From: an uncultured Nitrospinota bacterium
Lineage (GTDB): Bacteria > Tectomicrobia > Entotheonellia > J063 > CAVPRW01
Assembly (NCBI GenBank): GCA_963707985.1
Contig: CAVPRW010000010.1
Span: 1-64,000 of the forward strand
Reading direction: 5' to 3'
DNA length: 64,000 nt
The position numbers and the translations under genes were made by a program. The notes beneath the pieces are model-generated. The model did no database searches, was not told the DNA's origin, and was given only the letters and a program-made list of their open reading frames with translations. Shown here one piece after another: positions 18,167 to 29,552 of this stretch. Each line of letters opens with the position of its first letter. Within the stretch, counting starts at the first letter, position 1.

Positions 18167-18578
18167 GTGCTCAATCTTCCTCCGGTATGACGGACAGCAT
18201 TTGAGAGGTGTCTAGGGAACGCGGCGATTCCCAAACCTGCACATGCGGCTTACACAAAATGGCTGCGCTGTTATCTGGATTTTTGTCAGAAGGGTCATTT
18301 TCCCCACGCGCAACAAGAGAGTCTTCCTCGTGTTCTCCACACGCGACAGGAAAAGAAGCCAACCAAGGCGCAACCACAGCAGGCGTCACACGCGGTCTCG
18401 CTGTATGACGAGCGTATGCGCTTCAGGGATTCCCCCAGCGATGTCCCTTCGCTCACAAAAGACGATTCTCTGGAGGAGGCTCTCGATGTATTATTGCATC
18501 GTCCTGACTCATGACCCAGGGAAACAAGCGTCTCCCCACAAGCCAACTCTGCGGGGAACCCTCCCGATCAACAGTCTT
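18167..18578 (+). pseudogene. intI: 5' remnant of a long-type integron integrase (N-terminal extension), with internal stops, truncated by IS1634
   Basis: SD AGGAGA plus GTG; MLNLPPV*RTAFERCLGNAAIPKPAHAAYTKWLRCYLDFCQKGHFPHAQQESLP..QEKK.T.AQ.QQASHAVSLY matches from memory the extra N-terminal domain of long IntI proteins; divergent from the cassette array. Confidence 0.65.
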
Positions 18579-18582
18579 CTAA

Positions 18583-20315
18583 CCGACATTGAGCAACCCT
18601 ATCCGGGAGAAATTTGATAAAGACGGCAGACCTCATGACCAAACAAACGGAGGATTTTAATCTGCACATCATGAAGACCTTCAATGAGATCATGCACTCT
18701 GCCCTGGCACCATCATGCGGACCCGGTGAATGCCTTCGAACAGCTGGAAGATCCAACGTCAGGTTGGCGACGGTGTGGGTTGATTGATGTGGTTCGGCAC
18801 GGTCTCCTGGTGCTTGGCTCATGGCTGTCGAAGTCGACGTTGCGTCACGGAGTAGACCAGTAACGCCAGGGTCATCACCATGAGCAACCCTTCAATCCGG
18901 TTGGGTTTTTTGACAAACAACGACGAGACGAAAAACAGCGGGTCTTTGAGCAACCGAAAGCCCCCTGCACCGTGCGCTTGACCTTTGTCGGCAACGATGA
19001 CCTCGGCATGGCTTACCTCGCTGGCGGCGATAGTGGTGCCAAGGACATAGCAGGCCTTGGCTTGCTTGTCCTGCTCAATCGTGTCGTCATCCGCATGGCC
19101 TTGAGCCTGGATGTGCCACTCGACGGCCTTGAGGGCCGTGCGCGGTGTGGGACGGCCTTTGCCAGCGTCGCGTGTGTAGTGCGTCAGCTGAGAGGACTCA
19201 ACGCGGTGAGACCGCCAGCGCTTGGCCAACCCCGCGAGGGCCTCTTGAGCGGCTTCGGGGGCGCAAAAGCGTTGGGCTTGCAGGTGAAAGAGCGGCTTGG
19301 TGATGGCCTCGTATGCGCGCTGTGTGGCGTTGTGGAGCGTGGCTTCGGCACGTTCAAGAGCGGCCCGTGAAGACACCACCAGCCCCCGCTGGGCCATGCC
19401 ATAGTGACACCACTCAAGAGACTGATAGCGGGTGTCGTCGTCAACAGGCTGCCAGGTGTCCTGCTGGAGCGCTTGGCGAATGACCTGCGACACCAACGTG
19501 AGGGTCGCTGGCATACGGGTGATCAAGCCCAGCTGGGCCAGATGGGCGGCATGGTCCTCACCGTAGAGTGTGGCATCGGCGACCAGATCGCGTGGGCGGG
19601 GCGTGGTCCTTGACGGCGCTCACCAACGCCTGCGCCCGCGCCTGGAACACCCGGGTGTCGGAGGTGTTGCCGTCCCCACTCGTGCTCACAAAGGGGACGC
19701 CACCGTCTTGAGACACGATCCGTTCCAACACCGCCTGCTTCAGGTCCGGCCGGTGGTCTTTCGAGTCGCCGTGGGGTCAGGCGCATGGCGTGCTCGTCGC
19801 GCTCAGGCACAGACTCGCCGGTGAGGGCAAAGCTGGTCGTGTCGAGATGATTGAAGCGCCGATCCATGCCTTCGTGAGCACCGATCGCACGTGCTAGCTC
19901 CTCAAACCACACGTCGCAGCCATAGGCATAGACTTCATCGAGTGTGCGGCCAAGCTTGAAACGGTTGAACATCTCGGCATCGATGCCTTCACGAAACAAG
20001 AGATCGAGGGGGTTGTTGGCAAAAAACTGCGGCGTTAACGATCAGGGCCGATGGGCAAAGCCCACGCCAGTGAGGATCATTCCGGCCACGGCTTCGCCCG
20101 GCGTCATCACTTCTTGATCATCGGGCACGAGCCGTCTGTTCAGCATGTTCATCAGCCCTCAGTCGTGGATGACAGCAGCCATCACGCCTATGTGATCGAG
20201 ACGCTCGACGCGAACCTGTTCCATGTGACAACCCTCCCCTGAAGCTTCTTGATGCCGTCAAGCCTGCAGCGGAGGATCAACGATTTTGTCTCTCTGAGCA
20301 CCTGCTCAATGTCGG
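18583..20315 (-). mobile_element. IS1634 family element, transposase pseudogene (ATG at about 20224)
   Basis: IR ccgacattgagca / tgctcaatgtcgg; VERLDH.G, HLDTTSF.L.G and GFR.LKDPLFFVSSLFVKKP.RIEGLLMVMTLALLVYS; several stops and frameshifts. Confidence 0.85.
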
Positions 20316-20319
20316 ATGT

Positions 20320-20577
20320 AGGACTCCCAACAACGCTTTACCTCGTCGTCTTACATTGTGGACGAACTCAAAGAACCCTAAATACATCTGATGCACGTCA
20401 TCCCTGTTCAGATCGAGTTCCTTGGCCATTTGAGCATTGGAGAGGTGGAGACCCGTGAAATACAAATATAGGGTGCCAGTATCGCCTATTGGTCCAAATG
20501 CAGCAAGTATCCCAGGCAAGGTGCATCAGCCTCACGAGAAGAGAGTGTTGTCACCTCCCTGGAATCCATATTGAGCC
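20320..20577 (-). mobile_element. Internally deleted IS1595 remnant
   Basis: LSNAQMAKELDLNRDDVHQM joined to YLGFFEFVHNVRRRGKALL; end CATATTGAGCC at 20577. Confidence 0.75.
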
Positions 20578-20695
20578 AAGGGAAATTTGTCGAAGCAGGG
20601 TCGGTACGACGGGAGCGTGGACTATTGACCCCGCCGTAGAGGATTTACCGCGTGCTCCGCAAATCGGGTGACCTCACCCCCACAACCAGGCGGTT

Positions 20696-22498
20696 TTACG
20701 CGCGTGCGCGTTTGGCATACCATTCCGCCTCGCCCTGGGCAAAGCTCGGACCACGATCAAACAGGGGAAGTGATTGAGGACCGTGCCGACGGCACTCCTC
20801 AGTAGCAGCTTTGTCGATCTCGCCGCTGAGGGGATCGAGGACCACGCCGTAATCCTCCAGCGCCCCCTGCGCGCTGACAAACCCACGCGCCACATCTTGT
20901 TGCACCAGCAGCGGATCACGACTGAACGGGTCCCCCCAGCCGCCGCCCCCACAGGTCATCAGCCGCAGTAGGTCGCCGCGCTGTAATGGGATCGCATCGC
21001 CGACCTGGGGGATGTCGCGTTCCTCCGGCGTGCCGGGGTTAAGCAGGATTTGGCCGGGACGACCAGCACGTCCCCCGGACACCCCATACGGCGGGAATTT
21101 GGTGTTTTCCATCCGTGTCCCCAGCTCAGCCTTGTCGCATAACACCCGCACATCGCGGATGATGCCACACCCGCCGCGATACAACCCCGGTCCTCCCGAG
21201 TCCGATCGTATCGTGTACTGCTCGATGCGCAGCGGGAAGTCTCTCTCGACGTATTCCACAGGGTAGTTCTCTTGGGCGATGTAGTAGATCGCATCGATCC
21301 CATCTGCGAATGGGCGTGCGCCCAAACCGACCCCAAGCCCCTCGATGCAGAGAATGGGTTGGTGGGTGAGCGCGTGCTGGGCACGAAAATAGTACAGTAC
21401 ATATACCGGAGAATTGGCCGGGACCTGCCCGCCGTTGGCCTGGGCCAGAGCCCCGAACATGCAGGCCACGACGCGGAAGCGCGTATGGGCACGCATACCC
21501 AAGGGCGCCGGAAAGCGTGGCTGCACGATGCTGCCTTCACGGGTGATCCACTCATCAAGATTCTGTAACAGCCCTTCGTTGACGTCCAGTGATGGATCGA
21601 GAGCCAGGAGGTAGCGTCCATAGGCAATCTGGAGTAAGCCTGGGTTGGTGATGTAGTTGATCGGGCCGCGCGCCTGATCGTCCGATTGCGTGGCATCCAG
21701 GCACACCCGGTCCCCGTCGCGGCGCAGGGTCAGCTCCACCCGATAGGGGCGGCCTTCGACGCCGTCGTTATCGAGGTAATCATGGAAGGTGTATGTTCCC
21801 TGTGGAATAAGCTCACGAAACAATACCCGCGTACGCGCAGCGGTGTGCTCGATGATCGTCTCGAAGGCCTGGACCAGGGTGTCACGGCCATAGCGTCCCA
21901 ACAACTCCAGCAGACGGGTCTCTGCCAGGTGGCACGAGGCGATCATGGCCTTCGTGTCCCCCTCAACCATGGCTGGTAGACGAGAGTTGCGCAGGAACAT
22001 CCGATACGCTTCGTCGTTGAGTTGTCCCGCACGATAGATGCGAATAGGGGGCACGAGCGTCCCTTCATGGAAGATCTCGCTGGCGTGCGGCGAAATGCTG
22101 CCGGCCTTCATTCCACCGATGTCCTGATAGTGGCCGTAGGTCACGGTAAAGGCCACCACCTTCCCGGCATCGAAGACCGGCATGGCAAAGACCATATCCT
22201 GGTGGTGCTGGACGGCCCCCTTGCTGATGTAGGGATCGTTGAACCAATAGACATCACCTGGGCACATGTCCTCAAGCGGATAGGCTTCGAGAATGGGGGC
22301 TACCATCCCTGGCCCGCTGGAAGAGATGTGGCAACAGACGATGCGGCTGCGCGTATCGTAGATGCCGACGAAGTAATCCTTCTTCTCCTTAATAAAAGGA
22401 GACATAGCGCAGCGTTCCATCAGCAGCTCCATCTCCTGGATCGTCGAGCGCAGACTGCCGCGAATGATTTCTAGCACGACTGCATTGACGGCCATCAT
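20696..22498 (-). CDS. Hydantoinase B / 5-oxoprolinase beta family protein
   Basis: SP.IKEKKDY, PGDVYWFNDPY, H.QDIGG..AGS, EIFHEG, DSGGPG.YRGG.G and GGGGWGDP. Confidence 0.9.
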   Translation of the reverse strand: MMAVNAVVLEIIRGSLRSTIQEMELLMERCAMSPFIKEKKDYFVGIYDTRSRIVCCHISSSGPGMVAPILEAYPLEDMCPGDVYWFNDPYISKGAVQHHQDMVFAMPVFDAGKVVAFTVTYGHYQDIGGMKAGSISPHASEIFHEGTLVPPIRIYRAGQLNDEAYRMFLRNSRLPAMVEGDTKAMIASCHLAETRLLELLGRYGRDTLVQAFETIIEHTAARTRVLFRELIPQGTYTFHDYLDNDGVEGRPYRVELTLRRDGDRVCLDATQSDDQARGPINYITNPGLLQIAYGRYLLALDPSLDVNEGLLQNLDEWITREGSIVQPRFPAPLGMRAHTRFRVVACMFGALAQANGGQVPANSPVYVLYYFRAQHALTHQPILCIEGLGVGLGARPFADGIDAIYYIAQENYPVEYVERDFPLRIEQYTIRSDSGGPGLYRGGCGIIRDVRVLCDKAELGTRMENTKFPPYGVSGGRAGRPGQILLNPGTPEERDIPQVGDAIPLQRGDLLRLMTCGGGGWGDPFSRDPLLVQQDVARGFVSAQGALEDYGVVLDPLSGEIDKAATEECRRHGPQSLPLFDRGPSFAQGEAEWYAKRARA

Positions 22499-22589
22499 AA
22501 TACCTCCGGCTGCGGGCTCACACACGACGCACGCCACTACATCGTCGGCAGGAATTCGACCATTGATCGATCGTGCCACCGTCCCGATG

Positions 22590-23630
22590 CTATACCATCA
22601 GTGGTTCGATCCGGATCGTGCGCTGGTCGCGGGCTGAGGCAATCATCGCCAGCGTCACCTGCACCACCCGCAAGCCGTCGAGGCCGCTGGCGGCTGGCTC
22701 GCGGTCGTCGCGGATGGCGTGGTGAAAGTCGTCGAGCTCATCGATGAAATTGGCCAGCGGTTGAGGAGAATAGGTCTCGGCCGTGTGGATGGTCTCGCTC
22801 ACCACTTCGAACATGCCCTGACGCCCTTCCCACAGGGCGTCGCTGCCGATGAGACGGCCAAGGCTACCGTAGAGGACGAGGTCGTTGCGCGAATCTGGCA
22901 GACGCCGCCCGCAACAGAGAGTGGCGATGGTGCCGCGATTGAACCGTAGGACCATGGCCAGCAATTGCTCCAGGGGGTGCGATGCCGTCTGGCCATCGGA
23001 GATGGCCGCCACTTCCGTGACTTCCTGCCCCAGGACGAACCGCAGCGTGTCGACCACATGGACACCCGTACCCATCATGGTGGAGGCATGACCCATCAAG
23101 TCCGGGTCGTCCCACCATTGGCGCAGGCCGGTGCGCGGTGGCGGCCTGTCCTGACCGCGGACGCCAAAGCCCCATTGACCCTGGGCCAGCGCGACCGTCC
23201 CCAGAGCCCCCTCGGCAACCAAACGGCGCGCCTCGCGCACTCCGGGGTGTTGCCGCAGATGGTAGCCCACGCCCAGCTTCACTCCACGGGCGCGGCAAGT
23301 GCGTACCATCGCCACCGCGTCGTCCAGCGTCGTGGTCATGGGTTTTTCGCAGAACACATGCTTGCCGGCCTGCGCCGCCTGCAACGCATGTTGCGCGTGC
23401 AGGGCGTTAGGAGAGGCGATGAACACGGCATCCACGCGCGAGTCTCGCAGGAGCTCCCCGAGATCGCTGTATGCCGCCTTGGCGTCATGCTTTGCAGCGC
23501 ACGCCTCGGCGCGGTCCTGGTCGCGGCTGCAGACTGCCACCAGCTCGGCATCAGGAGTGGCGTTAATGGCCGGTGCGATTTTATGGTCGACGTGTAATCC
23601 AGTGCTGATGACGGCCCAGCCTAAAGCCAT
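22590..23630 (-). CDS. Gfo/Idh/MocA family oxidoreductase
   Basis: VDAVFIASPNALH, AGKHVFCEKP and GVHVVD. Confidence 0.9.
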   Translation of the reverse strand: MALGWAVISTGLHVDHKIAPAINATPDAELVAVCSRDQDRAEACAAKHDAKAAYSDLGELLRDSRVDAVFIASPNALHAQHALQAAQAGKHVFCEKPMTTTLDDAVAMVRTCRARGVKLGVGYHLRQHPGVREARRLVAEGALGTVALAQGQWGFGVRGQDRPPPRTGLRQWWDDPDLMGHASTMMGTGVHVVDTLRFVLGQEVTEVAAISDGQTASHPLEQLLAMVLRFNRGTIATLCCGRRLPDSRNDLVLYGSLGRLIGSDALWEGRQGMFEVVSETIHTAETYSPQPLANFIDELDDFHHAIRDDREPAASGLDGLRVVQVTLAMIASARDQRTIRIEPLMV

Positions 23631-23721
23631 GGTCCCCCCTTACGTTTGCGCCTGCTCTCCGGTTGAAGAACCGGCCTCTCGATTACGAGTCACCTGAAAA
23701 CGTCCACAGGGAGGCTCGGTC

Positions 23722-24700
23722 CTATCGGGATGGTGCAGGGGCCGCCACGGGCGGGGCCTTGTAACGATAGTGCGGGTCTGGGTTGACCTTTGGCGCGATG
23801 GTATTGCGCAGGACGCCGATCCCTTCAACCTCCATCTCGACCACGTCCCCTGGCTGGAGAAAGCGCGCGGGCAAGCCGTTGCGTATGGCCTCGCCGATCG
23901 ATCCGCCGGTGACCGTGCCACCGCCAAGCACATCGCCCGGCACGATGCGGCTGTCGCGGGAGGCGCGCTCGATCATGGCGCCCCACGTGTGGTACATCAG
24001 ACCAGCATCATTGTCCATCCATTGCACGCCGTTGACGCTGCAAGGTGCAGCGCAGGTAGAGGCGGCCATCGCGGATGAAGGGGGCCAACTCATCAGTCGT
24101 CACCATCCAGGGGCCAAGCGAGGTGGCAGAGTCTTTCCCCTTGGCAGGCCCCAGTCGGGCTTCCATCTCGTCGCGCTGGAGGTCGCGACAGCTCCAGTCA
24201 TTGAAGATCGTGAAGCCGGCGATGTACGAGAATGCATCCGCTTCAGGGATGTTGCCGCCTTCCCGGCCAATGACTGCCCCCAACTCCAGCTCGTAATCGA
24301 GCTGATCCGAGGCGGACGGGTAGGGCACGGCTTCTTCTGGACCAAAGATGCGCAATGGGCTGGAAAAGTAGAAAATCGGTAGCCGATACCAGGCATCCGA
24401 GACTTGTCGCGTGCCGCCTGCAGTGGCATGCCCCTCATAGACCATAAAATCGCGTACCGTCGGTGGCTGCATGACCGGCGCCCGCAGGCGAACGCTCGCC
24501 AGCGGCACACCCTGAGCGGAGATCCCCGATCCCAGGGCTGACTTCAGGCGCGTGAGCGGATCGTTGGGCAATTCCAGCAGGGCGCGCACATCGCGCAGCC
24601 CACCTGCCTCTCTCAGCAGCGTGGCTACATCCAGTATCTGTTGGTCGACGACTACACCGGCACGCGGTCCGTTGCCGGTATCATACGTACACAGCTTCAT
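23722..24700 (-). pseudogene. Fumarylacetoacetate hydrolase family protein, frameshifted near 24040
   Basis: LDYELELG, GFTIFNDWS.RD.Q and KGKD..T.LGP; C-terminal PGDVLG.GT..FLQPGDVVEMEVEGIGVLRN in another frame. Confidence 0.85.
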
Positions 24701-24755
24701 GGCAGTACCCTTTCTCGAATGCGTGCAGCGGATTGGCCTTCAAGGAGGAATGAAC

Positions 24756-25887
24756 TCAGTTCGACGATGGCCGATCACCCCACGACGGCAGGTCGCTCTC
24801 TCCCGCCAGCACCGCGGCGAGCAGCTTGCCCACACGGGCGGAGAGGGCCACGCCGTGCCCGCGGTAACCGGTCGCCACCAGGACACGGCCATCGTCATCG
24901 ATTGCGGCAATGAGGGGTTTGCTGTCGTTCGTCAAGCACAGAGGCCCCATCCAGCGATGGGTGATGTGTACCTGGTGCAGGGCGGGATGCAGACTGGCAA
25001 TGCGGCGCTCCAAACCGTCGAACAGGTGCCTGGCTGCGGCGCTATCCACGCGGGCATTTTCCACATTACCGTGGCCCACGAGCCCCGCGCCGATGACCGC
25101 GCGGCCATCAGCGGTCACACGTCCCCACAAATACGGCAGGTCCAATGTGTAAAAAGGCGTGCGCGTGCTCCAACCGATGGCCTTCAGGACGGCATCGGCC
25201 AACGGCTCTGTGGCTAGGGCGATGGTGTGCACGCCCTCCGCCCAGTCCTGAAGGCCGAGCAACGGCAGGCAGAAGGCGTTCGTGGCGAACACCACCCGCT
25301 CGGCATAGACAGCTTTCCCGCCGACCGCGAGCCGTACGTCCGGACGCGACGCCACATCGAGTCCGGTCACCGGCGCATGTTCGAAAATCTGCCCTCCGGC
25401 CCGCTGGATGATCGCGGCCAGTCCTGCCAGAAACTTGCGTGGATCAAATGCACCGCCGGGGATCACGTTGACCACCTGTAACGTGCCGTGGTCTGCCCAT
25501 TGGATCGGAGAGCTCGGCAGCCCCCCACGCCGGCCGATCTCCCAGCAGCCGTCCACGTCTAGATCACAGGCGATATGCTGGGTACTGACCAACTCGTGTA
25601 ACGTGGCGACACAATCCTCGACTCCGGGCAGCGGCCCGACCGCCGTGTCCTCCAGCACCAGGCCGCCGGTGCGCCCACTGGCTCCGGCCCCCACCCGCTG
25701 TGCCTCAAACACTGCCACGCGCAGGGCTGGGGAGCATTGCAGCACATAGTGCGCCGTGGCCAACCCGGTGAACCCTGCCCCCACCACCGCAACGTCTACA
25801 CGCCAGTCGTCCGGTATAGGCCTGCGGCGTCACAGGCACGGGAAAGGACCATACGGGCTCGCCCCAGGGATGGGATGCGTGCGGCAC
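24756..25887 (-). CDS. FAD-dependent oxidoreductase (DAO/GlcD-like); extreme N-terminus in a different frame
   Basis: VVGAGFTGL, GAGASGRTGG and ATGYRGHGV. Confidence 0.8.
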
Positions 25888-25976
25888 ACTCTCGCTCCTC
25901 TGCCGTGGACAGCCGATGATCGCGCCAGTAACGGTTTGTTACCAGCACGAAAATCGGCGGGTCAGGATTCACACTC

Positions 25977-27030
25977 CTACTTGAAGGCTGGCATGACCTC
26001 TTCGGTCAGCAGCCGTAAGCTGCGTTGCACGGCTTCGGGGGGTAGTAATCCACCAGGATTCAGCTCAGCCGTGAAACCAGTCAGCCCCAGCATTTCCTTG
26101 TACTGGAATAAGCGGTCGATGACACGTTCAGGGCTGCCGAAGATCACCTTCGTTTCCAGAATTTCCTCATAGGTGAGCTTCTCGAGCTGCTCGAGGCGCT
26201 GCCGCCGCCGCTCCCAATATTCGGCTCCCGTGCCTCCCCAGCCCTCTTCGAAGCGCCGGCGCATGCGCTGGAAGTAGGCTTCAATGCGTTTCCTTGGGAT
26301 CTTCGACAGCTTCTTCATCAGTGGGGGCGATGTACATCGGGAACCGGACCGAGATATCGCCGGACTCGCCCGCATGGCCGGTCTCCCGCCACGCTTGATG
26401 GTAGTCGCGCAGGTTCGTCTTCAGATCGTCGACGTCCATGCCACGCATCGACAGGAAAATGGGGAACCCCAGCCGGCCTACGCGGCTAAAGCTATCCTCG
26501 GTCGTTGAGGCGATGCGCACTTTCGGACGAGGTTTCTGGTAGGGCAAGGGGGACAGCCTGGCATCGGTAATGTGGTTATACTTGCCCTCGTAGGAAAACG
26601 TCTCGCCGGACCATGCCTTCAGGATGATGTCCAGGGCCTCCTGGAAGCGCTCTTTGCTCTCTTCGTAGTCGATGCCCATGGTATCGTAGGCACGCACGTT
26701 GCCGCTGCGCCCGACACCGAACTCGAAGCGACCCTGGCTGATCTGGTCCACCGTCGCGGCCTCTTCGGCAATGCGCAAGGGATGGATCAGGGGCAATACC
26801 TGGACCGCCATCCCTACTCGTAAGCGTTTGGTACGGGTCGCAATAGAACAGGCGACGATGATCGGCGCCGAGAGTACTGAGCGATTGGGATTGAAGTGCA
26901 TCTCCCCCAACCACACCGTATCCAACCCCGATTGCTCAGCCAGGTCCACGAGGTCAAAGGATTCCTTGAAAGCTTCCTCCGGTGTGCCTCCTGGGCGCAA
27001 TACAAAGTCGAGAAATATCCCAAAATCCAT
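25977..27030 (-). pseudogene. LLM class flavin-dependent monooxygenase, frameshifted near 26290
   Basis: VWLGEMHF, HPLRIAEEAATVDQISQGRFEFGVGR; tail FGSPERV..SLRLL.EEVMP in another frame. Confidence 0.85.
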
Positions 27031-27290
27031 ACATAACCCCCTTTCGTGGCCAGATGTGTTCGACCAACGACTGTCAGCAAGTATAGACCTTCATTGAAAT
27101 GAAGGGAAGCTTTTTACCAACATGGTCGGATGGGCCTGAGTGGGTGCGAGGAACCTGAAGGCTTTCGGGGCTCTTGATGCGTTTGGGACCCGGTGCGCTC
27201 GGGAGAAAACGGGCGGGGTATCATGGGCTTTGAACACCTGACGGCGGTCGAGGCAAGCGTCAATCAGCGGCCATGTAGGTCACCTCTTGA

Positions 27291-28815
27291 TCATGCCAGC
27301 TCTTCCAGCAAAGCACTAGCTTCCTGGAGGTGCGCCGTCTCGAATCCTTCTGTGAACCCGTCGTAGATGCCGGCCAATAGGTGGAGCGCCGCTTGTCGCT
27401 GGCCTGTGTGCCGCCACAGCCGACTCAGGATCATCGCCGCGCGCAGCTCAAGCATCTTGGCCTGTTGGCGCCTCGCGATCTCGAGGGCTCGGTGGTAACA
27501 GGCTTCGGCCGCACCGCACACAGGCGCCTCCATCCCAGTAACCGGCCATCCTGCGGTCGCAACACCTGGCCACCCCTCCCGCGCGGCCGCCTGCAGCAGC
27601 AGCAGTTCACCCTGGAGGCGATGCAGTTCCGCGGCGTAGAAGCACAGCTCAGCATCGTGCACGCTCGCCAGAGCTTCGCGGAGCACGTTCAACCCCTCCG
27701 TCGGCTGGGCCAGGTGCTGATACGCCTCAGCCAGCAAACCGAGATAATATGGCCGCGCCACCTCTGACCCTGTGGCCAGGTGCTCAGCAAGCCCCTGCCG
27801 CATTTCGGGGATCCCTTGCCAAGCGTTTCCCTGTTCCACCAGCGCCCACCCCTTCAAGATCCGGCCCTGCGCCCACCAATACGCGAACCCTTCCTTCTGG
27901 GCCAGGGTGATGACCGCCTCCGCCATCTCGCGGACGGCCGTACCGTCTCGGCAAAATTGCCGGAGCCAGGCCGCATAGCCGAAGGCTTCCGCCAGTGTGT
28001 AGGGGTGCGAGAGCTCTCGGGCGAGGCTCAGCGCTTCCTGACTTCGCTGCTGAGCCTGGTCGGCATAGCCCCGCACCCACAAGACCAAAGCGCCAAAATC
28101 CCGGCAACAGACTTCGGGGTCGTGGCCACCATAACGGCAGGCCAGGGATTGATGCACCCGACGGTCATAGAGGATAGTGCCTTGTGTGGCGTGTGTCTGG
28201 GCCACGACCAGCTCTCCGCGCCAGAAGGCCGTGGACCACTGGGCGTGATGGGCTTCCAGTAGGAGCTCGGAGTCGTCAGTCCTCTGCGCCACGGTGAGGA
28301 GCCTATCCGCCAGCTCGCGCGCCGTTGGGAGGTGCCCGCGAATGGTGTAAAAGCCCCAAAGCCCCCACAGCGCCGGGAACAGCTGTGGGCCCTCTCCCAC
28401 CTGCTGGCACAGTTCGCGGGCCCGGGCATAGACCTGTTCGACTTCTGGGGCGGCACTGCCCTTGGTCATCCGCAGAGGTATGCCTAGGGCAATTTGCAAT
28501 GAGAGCTCCTGCTGCGCGCGCTCAGGAGTATCCGGCAAGGTGGCGAGCAATGCCAACCCCTTGGTCAGCAGGCGAATCGCTTCCCGATTGGCACAGCGCC
28601 GGAGCGATTTCCTGATACACAGTCTGCTGATAAAAGGCGTGGATGAAAGCATAGCGCCCGGCGACTGTGCCATCAGGCCATTCCTCCTCTTCTTTGGCTC
28701 GTAGCCATTGCTGTCGCCGTGCAATCCGTTCACACCGCGTCTCAGCCTCCGTCACATCCAGGTCTAGACCCGCCGCTACCGCTGCGCTCGAAAATTCTAC
28801 TCCCGCCACACGTTC
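27291..28815 (-). pseudogene. C-terminal remnant of an AAA-ATPase/TPR (MalT/adenylate cyclase-type) regulator, internally deleted
   Basis: AELHRLQGELL, AEACYHRALEIARRQQAKMLELRAA and YDGFTEGFET; upstream YAFIHAFYQ in another frame. Confidence 0.8.
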
Positions 28816-29374
28816 CATTTTGTTGTCGAAGATGTGCCTTTCGACTATGCCGTGCCGGTGCTGACCGGTTGGGATCTCGGCAACATCTGCGACGATACCC
28901 ATGTCAAACGGGTCGGGGTCTGGATCGAGGACTTCGATTACGTGAAGGGATCCGCAAACGCGCACAGGCACCATGACCTATACGATCACCTCGGTCTTCA
29001 GCGATGCTTTTCCCAACCCAGGGAGTGCTGAGCGCTACAAAATTAAGATCCTAGGCTTCAATTCCTTGGCCGCAGGGCAGGCTCCCGAGATTTTGTCACC
29101 ACTCGCGCTCTATTGGAGTAGGGCAAGCGAGGACAATTTCACGACCGCGACGATCCAGGGTGAGGAATCTGCACAGGTAGGCGGCTACGGCTTTGCACGG
29201 ATCGAGGGCTACGTGCTGTCCACCTTCCAACCCGGTACTGTGCCATTAAAGCTCTTCTGGCATGCTGGGCGTAGCGATAACTTCACCACCGCGACGGCCC
29301 GGGGGGAACAGGATGCACTGGCGGGCGGCTACAAATTTGCCCGTATCGAAGGCTATGTCTACCCGGCCCAGTGA
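28816..29374 (+). pseudogene. 5'-truncated, frameshifted gene with two C-terminal LxLyW..R.DNFTTAT..GE....GGY.FARIEGYV repeats (DUF5648-like)
   Basis: Two approximately 50-aa repeats in ORF 28973-29374; upstream coding-like frame at 28834. Confidence 0.55.
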
Positions 29375-29552
29375 CTCATACCAGGACAGCCAGGGTGAGT
29401 CGTGCCTCATCACGTATACGATGCGCGCACGACTCACCCCGCGCCAACAATATGGCTGTATGCCCAGTCACATACGCTGCCAATCAGGGGTTGGCCGGTG
29501 CTGATGGTCAGCCCCTTCTCCCACGTTGCCTCAGCTGCTCATGGGGTTGTAT

